From positions 124,001 through 188,000 of IMG/VR virus record IMGVR_UViG_3300042502_001233: DNA of 64,000 bases. One strand, written 5' to 3'. The translations under genes were made by a program, and so were the position numbers. The notes beneath the pieces are model-generated. The model was not told the origin of the DNA. It saw only the letters and a program-made list of their open reading frames with translations, and did not search any database. Shown in pieces: positions 57,694 to 64,000 of this stretch (the first letter of the stretch is position 1; each line of letters begins with the position of its first letter).

Positions 57694-60077
57694 TTTAAAC
57701 ATCACCCCAGTTAGTCGAAAAATCAAGGTATTAGTAGTACCTAGCGACAGGACTGGGGTGAGCTGAAAGCTACTTCCGTTCAACAAACCCACACATCGCA
57801 TTAGAAAACAATTACCCAGATGAGTTTTCAGTAGATATTGATTATGAACCACAATTAAATAACGATGAGTGGTTAAAACAATATGATATCATTCATTACC
57901 ATAGAACACTTGGTAGTTACGAACAAATGCCACAATTATTACAACATCTAGATAATTTAGGTATAATCACCATTATGGATTTAGATGACCATTGGGCTCC
58001 AGGCCCACACCACCCAGCATATCACATTATTAAATCTTCTGGGTTAGATAAAAAGATATTAGACAACATTAAGTGCGCTAGAAACGTAACAACAACAACA
58101 CGTTTATTTGCAGAAGAAATAGCTAAACACAATAAAAATGTTTTTGTTCTTCCAAACGCAGTTGAACCAACTGAGAAACAATTTACTCCAAACTTAGAAA
58201 AATCTGATAGAATTAGAATTGGATGGTTAGGTGGTTCGTGTATGACACCAGATACTGAAATTCTAACCGATGAAGGTTGGAAACGATTTGATGAATTGGA
58301 CCAAACAGAATTGGTTGCAACGTTAAACCCAAAAACAAATCAAATGGAATATCATAAACCAGTTGGGTATATATGTGAACCGTTTGATGGTGAATTGAAT
58401 TGTGCTAAAAATGGTTTAATTGAATATGAAGTTACACCAAACCATAATATGTATGCTTCTGTTGCTAAATCATTGACACATAAAAAATTAAATCTAGAAT
58501 TAATTCAATCTGAAAAAATACATGGTAAAAATTTTCATGTTAAAAAAGATGCTATTTGGATGGGTGAAGAAAAAGAGTTCTTTATTTTACCAATGTTAAA
58601 CGAATATCATGAAATTGAGGAAAATGAAAATTTTATTGATAGGTTAATATCTAAAAAACGCTATAATGGGTTATCTGGAAAATATAGTTCAGATAAATTT
58701 ATAGATATGGATAAGTGGTTAGAATTTTTCGGTTTTTGGTTAGCTGAAGGTTGGACTAGTAAAACAAAAGGATTACATCAAGTTGGTATTGCTCAATCAA
58801 AAGATAATAATTATTTATCACATATGTATGATTTATTAATTGAAATTGGGTTCAAACCAACATATACTAAAGATAAAAAACAAATTAGAGTTTTTGATAA
58901 ACAACTATGGGAATATTTATCAAATTTTGGAGATGCTTACGATAAATTTGTACCAAAAGAAGTTTTAGAGTTATCTAGAAGACAATTAACTATTTTTTTA
59001 GAATGGTTTATTAAAGGTGATGGTCATATTGAAAAAAATAAATATAATAGAACTAGAGCGTTTACATGCTCACCTTCATTAGCTAATAATTTACAAGAAA
59101 TTGCATTAAAAATAGGTATATCAGCAACTATAACAAATAGGGGTAAACGAACATCAGAAATTAAAGGTAGAGCTATTAATAATCAATATGATTCGTTAGT
59201 TGTTAATTTTACTAAACACCCTAGCGTTAGTAAACATAATAAAAACACGCCATTAGTTAAAAGTGAAGACCAATATAATAGATACTATAAAGGTAACGTG
59301 TATTGTGTTGAAGTTAAAAACCATATCATTTATGTAAGGAGAAATGGTAAAGCGATGTGGATTGGTAACTCACACTTGAAAGATTTGGAGATTCTTAATG
59401 GCGTTGTCACTAAATTAAGAACTGATGGATTGATTGACAAAGTTCAATTTGTTTTGTGTGGTTTTGATACAAGAGGTACACACACAGAAATTGACCAAGC
59501 AACTGGTGAGCAAAAAGTAAGACAAATTACACCTATGGAAAGTGTTTGGTTTAGATATGAAAAAATATTTACAGACAACTATCAAATCGTTAGTCCAGAG
59601 TATAAATCTCATCTTATGAAATTTACGTTGGATGAATTCCCAAATGTTGCTAACGAACCGTATCGCAGAGTTTGGACAAAACCAATATCAACCTACGCGT
59701 CAAACTATAATTTATTTGACATCTCTTTGGCACCGTTAGAAGAAAATATATTTAACAAAGTTAAAAGTCAGTTAAAAGTTATCGAAGCTGGTTTCCACCA
59801 TAAAGCTATCATTGCTCAAGACTTTGGACCATATAAAATTGATTTAAAGAACGCGATTCAATATGGTGGTGGTTTTGATGAAACAGCTAACGGTATCCTT
59901 ATTGATTCTAAAAAGAATCACAAAGATTGGTATACTTCGTTGAAAAAATTAATAACAAACCCTAATATGATTCCAATCCTTCAAGAAAATCTTTATAACA
60001 CTGTTAAAGACACATATTCAATGAACAAAGTAACTGAGGATAGAAAAGAATTATATTTAAAATTAACACAAAAATAA
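57680..60077 (+). CDS. GT-B (GT4-like) glycosyltransferase with intein; 5' part interrupted by a 7-nt out-of-frame insert with TGA at 57764
   Basis: KVLVVPSDRTGVS*|SYFRSTNPH...DLDDHW...NVTTTT...VLPNA...RIGWLGGS|SHLKDL...DISLAPL...FNKVKSQLKVIEAG; frame open from 57762. Confidence 0.75.
57702..57761 (+). other. GC-rich stem-loop within the recoded gene start
   Basis: TCACCCCAGT/ACTGGGGTGA outer stem; GTCG/CGAC and AGGTA/TACCT inner stems. Confidence 0.7.
58239..59369 (+). mobile_element. LAGLIDADG intein in the glycosyltransferase (377 aa)
   Basis: Starts CMTPDTEILTDEGWK, ends WIGN, +1 residue Ser; FFGFWLAEG and WFIKGDG motifs. Confidence 0.9.
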
Positions 60078-60078
60078 A

Positions 60079-60486
60079 ATGGGGAAGAAAAAAGATTTAA
60101 AGAAAGTGTTAGCGTTTTTAGCTGATTACCTTAAAGAAGGTAAAACTAAAAAAACTAAAAAAACTAAAAAAATTAAAAACACAAAAACTTTATTGGTTGA
60201 AGAAAAAGAAGATGTAATATCTAAACTTACAACACCAATAGATAATTTAAGTGTAACGGCAGAACACATCAAAGACCTTATGGATAGAATTGATGAAAAA
60301 AGAATAGAAGAAGCTAAAACTAAAAGCTTATTAACCAATCAAAGAAAAGAATTCCAAGAGGAAATTAAAAAAGTAAAAGAAATCGCCATTGAAAAAATCT
60401 TAGAATCTAAAAAAGAAGAAGAAGTGTCATTAAGTGGTGTGACTTTATCTGTTTTGAATAATGATTTTTCTAATTTACATAAATAA
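60079..60486 (+). CDS. Hypothetical charged coiled-coil protein
   Basis: 135 aa; K/E-rich. Confidence 0.5.
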   Translation: MGKKKDLKKVLAFLADYLKEGKTKKTKKTKKIKNTKTLLVEEKEDVISKLTTPIDNLSVTAEHIKDLMDRIDEKRIEEAKTKSLLTNQRKEFQEEIKKVKEIAIEKILESKKEEEVSLSGVTLSVLNNDFSNLHK

Positions 60487-60502
60487 AAATTAGTCAAAAA
60501 CA

Positions 60503-60533
60503 TTGATTTTTTGTATTTTTATGCGTATATTTG
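60503..60533 (+). promoter_or_regulatory. Sigma70-type promoter of the HD/dUTPase operon
   Basis: TTG-N20-TATATTTG. Confidence 0.65.
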
Positions 60534-60565
60534 TAAAAAATAACAGATACTAATATATAAAAACA

Positions 60566-61117
60566 ATGTCTTTAACACAAGAAAAAATCCTTGCTAACAC
60601 AAAAAAATATTTTGAGACAGCAAAAAATAATGATTTCATGACTGACGAACTTATGACTTTCTTAGGTGAAAGTTTTATAAAAGCTCCAGCATCAACAATG
60701 GATTCTTTACATAACGCTTTTGAAGGTGGTCTAATTGACCATTTATTAAGAGTTGCGTTTTACGCTGTAAGATTCAATAACTCATTACCAGACGATAAAA
60801 AAGTAGACCAAAAAAGTCTTCTTAAAGTTTGTCTGTTGCACCAAATAGGTAAAGCTAATCTCTATGTTGACGGTCCAGAGTGGGCTAAGAAAAACGGTAA
60901 ACATTACGACTTTAACAACGCGTTGGTTTCAATGAGAGTTAGTGAAAGAAGTATTTACTACGCAACATCTAACGGAGTTACTTTCACAGAAGAAGAGTTT
61001 GGTGCTATTCTTATGTCAGATAAATCAGATGACAAACAAGCGGAATACCACAATTCAGTATTGGGTGATTTGTTAAAAATAGCTAACTTATTTGCAATTA
61101 AACACGAGAAAAACTAA
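60566..61117 (+). CDS. HD-superfamily protein with variant HQ motif
   Basis: APAS...HNAFEGGLIDH...CLLHQIGK. Confidence 0.7.
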   Translation: MSLTQEKILANTKKYFETAKNNDFMTDELMTFLGESFIKAPASTMDSLHNAFEGGLIDHLLRVAFYAVRFNNSLPDDKKVDQKSLLKVCLLHQIGKANLYVDGPEWAKKNGKHYDFNNALVSMRVSERSIYYATSNGVTFTEEEFGAILMSDKSDDKQAEYHNSVLGDLLKIANLFAIKHEKN

Positions 61118-61698
61118 TGAATTACAACGTTGAAGAAATGAGAAAGAAGTTATTAGAAACTTTTGATTCTAATAGCGGTTATACCATGGATGATTTTAAC
61201 AAAGAATTCGGCGGTCAAGCACCTTTAACTATTGCTGAGCAATTCAAATTCAAGGTTAATTTTAAAAACGAATCAACAAACCCAGACCCAGAGTATGCAA
61301 CTGCTGGGTCTTCTGGTTTTGATTTAAGAGCTAATCTAGTAGACGGTCCTATGAAATTATATACTGGTGAAAGAGCTATGGTCCCAACTGGTTTATTTTT
61401 TGAATTACCAGAAAACTTTGAGATTCAAGTTAGACCTAGAAGTGGATTGGCTGCTAAGAATGGTGTTACGGTTTTGAATACACCTGGAACGGTTGATGCT
61501 GATTATCGCGGTGAAATTAAAGTTATCTTAATTAATTTAGGTGAACAACCATTTGAAATATTTCATGGTGATAGAATCGCCCAAGCAGTTGTTGCTAGTG
61601 TAACAGCTAAAAACATTATTAACTTAAATAGAGTTACTGAAATATCAGAAAACACTGAACGTGGTTCTGGTGGGTTTGGTAGTTCGGGGGTTAAATAA
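61117..61698 (+). CDS. dut: Trimeric dUTPase
   Basis: GSSGFDL, RPRSGLA, GTVDADYRGEI, DRIAQ, RGSGGFGSSG. Confidence 0.95.
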   Translation: MNYNVEEMRKKLLETFDSNSGYTMDDFNKEFGGQAPLTIAEQFKFKVNFKNESTNPDPEYATAGSSGFDLRANLVDGPMKLYTGERAMVPTGLFFELPENFEIQVRPRSGLAAKNGVTVLNTPGTVDADYRGEIKVILINLGEQPFEIFHGDRIAQAVVASVTAKNIINLNRVTEISENTERGSGGFGSSGVK

Positions 61699-61804
61699 AT
61701 TAAACCTTTTAGTTTTTATGCTATATTTAGTGTGCTAAAATTTTAAATAAAAAATTAAGTTCGGTTTATAATAAAATAAGAACATTGAAAAAACAAAATA
61801 AATT

Positions 61805-63457
61805 ATGATTACAATAGGTTATTGTACTAGAATTAGTAACCCAAATTTTGGTAAACATTTAATAAAAACGTGTGGTTTAGGTAATAAAAAAGTTGAAATT
61901 ATTGAAATAGTTAATACTGGTAATAGGTCATTAACTGAATGTTATAATGAAATTTTAAATAAGGCGAAATATAATTATGTAGTGTTTACACATTCTGATT
62001 TAACTATTGACACAAAACAATGGGGTAATAAATTGGTTAAACTATTCGAAAAAAATCCTGAATATGGTATCATCGGTGTTGCTGGTAGCAAAAACATGCC
62101 AGAGTCTGGTCAATGGTGGGAAAATAGAAGTAAAATGTATGGTCGCGTTCAACACACGCACGAAGGCAAAACTTGGTTATCAAGTTATTCTGAGGACTTA
62201 GGTCAAGAACTTGAAGAAATTGTTGTTTGTGATGGTGTTTGGTTTTCTGTTGATAAAAGAAGATTGAAAAAAGAATTTAACGAAGAAGTTGAAGGGTTTC
62301 ATTTTTATGATGTAACCTTTGCTTTTGAAAATTACCTACAAGGTGTTAAAGTTGGTGTAACAACTGCTATTAGAATCAATCACCAATCTATCGGTATGAC
62401 CAACGAAGCGTGGGAAAAAAACAGAGCCGATTTCGCTGAAGCTTTTCAAGCATTCTTACCAGCAAACGTAAAGAAAACACTTCGAAAAGGGCAAAAACTT
62501 AAAGTACTTATTGGTTGTTTAAGTTTTTCAAATTATACTGGTTCTGAGTTATATGTTTTTGAATTGGCAAAACAATTAATCAAACAAGGTTGTGAGGTTT
62601 CTGTGTGTTCTAGTATCGGAGAACCTTTGTTATCTGCGGCAAATAAACTAGGGGTTAAAATGTATAGTATACAAGAACCACCTGGGTTTAAGTTAGGTGA
62701 TGGTAAATGGATGTTAAAATCACCACAAGGTGATGTAGTCTCACAACCAAACACATTGTACAAAGTACAAGATGTTAATTTTGATGTGATTCACTTAAAC
62801 CACAAACCAGTTACGGAACATTTATTGAGATTCTATCCAGAAACACCAGTAATTTGTTCTATACATTCAGAAGTAATATCTTTGGAGGAGCCAGTTATTT
62901 CACCTCAAATAAAACAATACATCGCCATTAGACCAGAGATTAAAAAACACATTGTGGATACTTTTGGTGTTGATAAAGATTTGGTTAGTGTTATTTATAA
63001 CCCAATTGATGCTGATAAATTTAAAGTAGTTAACACAACTGAAAAACGAAATAAAAAAAGAATACTTTTTGTTGGTACCATTGATTATCTTAGAAGAAAC
63101 ACAATTCAAGATTTGATAAATGTTACTCGAGAAAACAACCAAGAACTTTGGATTCTTGGGAAGAAAAACGATACGTATTTAGATGAGATAATAACCAACG
63201 AACCACATGTAACATATCATGAACCTACATCTAATGTTGAAAAATTCATTCACCAATGTGATGAAACCGCTGGGATACTTTTAGGTAGAACAACTATTGA
63301 AGGTTGGATGTGTGGAAAATCTGGTTGGATTTACAATGTTGATTCTACTGGGGTTATATTGTCAAAAGCATTACATGAAGTACCTACAGACGTCGATAAA
63401 TTCAACAGCAAAAACATAACAACCCAAATAATTGAAGAATATAAAAAAATATTATAA
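61805..63457 (+). CDS. Two-domain glycosyltransferase (GT2-like + GT4-like)
   Basis: YVVFTHSD, GIIGVAG, FHFYDVTF in the N-terminal part; TGSELYV..L, YNPID, GRTTIEG in the C-terminal part. Confidence 0.75.
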   Translation: MITIGYCTRISNPNFGKHLIKTCGLGNKKVEIIEIVNTGNRSLTECYNEILNKAKYNYVVFTHSDLTIDTKQWGNKLVKLFEKNPEYGIIGVAGSKNMPESGQWWENRSKMYGRVQHTHEGKTWLSSYSEDLGQELEEIVVCDGVWFSVDKRRLKKEFNEEVEGFHFYDVTFAFENYLQGVKVGVTTAIRINHQSIGMTNEAWEKNRADFAEAFQAFLPANVKKTLRKGQKLKVLIGCLSFSNYTGSELYVFELAKQLIKQGCEVSVCSSIGEPLLSAANKLGVKMYSIQEPPGFKLGDGKWMLKSPQGDVVSQPNTLYKVQDVNFDVIHLNHKPVTEHLLRFYPETPVICSIHSEVISLEEPVISPQIKQYIAIRPEIKKHIVDTFGVDKDLVSVIYNPIDADKFKVVNTTEKRNKKRILFVGTIDYLRRNTIQDLINVTRENNQELWILGKKNDTYLDEIITNEPHVTYHEPTSNVEKFIHQCDETAGILLGRTTIEGWMCGKSGWIYNVDSTGVILSKALHEVPTDVDKFNSKNITTQIIEEYKKIL

Positions 63458-64000
63458 TGAATGTAATAGAATGGTTTAGAAGAAAAGTTGCTGTAGTGTC
63501 ATTAGCTTTAAGCAACGTTGAAAAAGGTGCGTTGACGCAGACTGGTGAAGGTTTATCTAGCGATGTAACACATAGTCAAAGACTTAGTCAAGGTCAAGTT
63601 GCTGATTCGTTGATAAATGGCGAGGTGACGCAAGAGGTCTTAAACCTAAAATGGAGAACATACAAAGTTTTAAAAGCTACTGAAGGTCTTACAGCTGAAA
63701 TAGTTGGTTATGATGAAGACGGTATGCCTATTGTTAAAACTCAAAAAAAAAGTAAGAAAAAAGGTCTTAAAAAAGTAAAACTAGATACTGTTGATGATTA
63801 TGTGTTAGAGATGGTTGTCGACAATAGTGAGATTGTATTATCTGGAAGTCAAGCGATGGATAACGAACATATTAGCTTGTTAGATGAGGTTATGTTAAAC
63901 GATGGAGAGATGGGTCAAACAGCTACTCATGGTAGTATTGATTCTGACAAATATTTTATAACGAGTAAAACTGAACGACCTATAAAAATTGGTAGAGACA
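63457..64000 (+). CDS. Hypothetical protein (runs off the window end)
   Basis: Hand translation MNVIEWFRRKVAVVSLALSNVEKGALTQ...; ATG overlaps the upstream stop codon. Confidence 0.6.
   Translation, partial: MNVIEWFRRKVAVVSLALSNVEKGALTQTGEGLSSDVTHSQRLSQGQVADSLINGEVTQEVLNLKWRTYKVLKATEGLTAEIVGYDEDGMPIVKTQKKSKKKGLKKVKLDTVDDYVLEMVVDNSEIVLSGSQAMDNEHISLLDEVMLNDGEMGQTATHGSIDSDKYFITSKTERPIKIGRD

Larger units (their letters stand above)
56753..57775 (+). mobile_element. Endonuclease 4 cassette inside the glycosyltransferase 5' end
   Basis: Bounded by AAGCTACTT (56744-56752 and 57767-57775); carries a late motif, the nuclease gene and a recoded copy of the gene start. Confidence 0.7.

Noticed and set aside
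56753-57767. Group I or II intron interrupting the glycosyltransferase
   Set aside because: No register gives both an exon-terminal U and an intron-terminal G, or GUGYG...AY ends. The non-coding flanks are too short and AT-rich for a ribozyme core.
57764-57830. Selenocysteine insertion or UGA readthrough
   Set aside because: Readthrough stays in the wrong frame and meets another TGA about 20 codons later; a frame change is required.
541-63142. Numerous 60-190 aa antisense or alternate-frame ORFs in the track (e.g. 17419..18015, 21585..22148)
   Set aside because: They are shadows of long well-supported genes, with no motifs or expression signals.
1-64000. Alternative genetic code (stop-codon reassignment)
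   Set aside because: Genes are long and intact under code 11, with high coding density.
1-64000. CRISPR array, tRNA or rRNA genes
   Set aside because: No repeat-spacer array or cloverleaf was seen by eye. All tandem repeats are coding or pure AT.

Overview
This 64 kb window is part of a large, AT-rich (roughly 30% GC by eye) lytic myophage genome read in the standard genetic code. A recurring TTG-N19/20-TAnnTTTG promoter points to a Bacteroidota host. It holds a contractile-tail module (sheath, tube, tail chaperone, tape measure, baseplate hubs with lysin domains), neck proteins and a cluster of fibre/lectin proteins. It also holds replication genes (gp32-like SSB, SNF2-type helicase, family B DNA polymerase, glutaredoxin, dUTPase) and two glycosyltransferases. 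Six selfish elements are present: four free-standing endonuclease genes and two LAGLIDADG inteins. Two of the endonuclease cassettes are flanked by a duplicated end of the gene they interrupt: the sheath 3' end, and a synonymously recoded glycosyltransferase 5' end. The recoded 5' copy forms a GC-rich hairpin and stops at AGC-UGA-A-AGC, where a 7-nt ribosomal hop between matching codons would restore the exact protein sequence. This is the strongest candidate for an undescribed mechanism. Other candidates are a +1/-2 frameshift in the tail chaperone, an orphan promoter/pure-AT/terminator unit, a shared leader on putative head-internal proteins and an 84-bp fibre-swap repeat. All protein family calls come from motif recognition by eye; no database searches were run.
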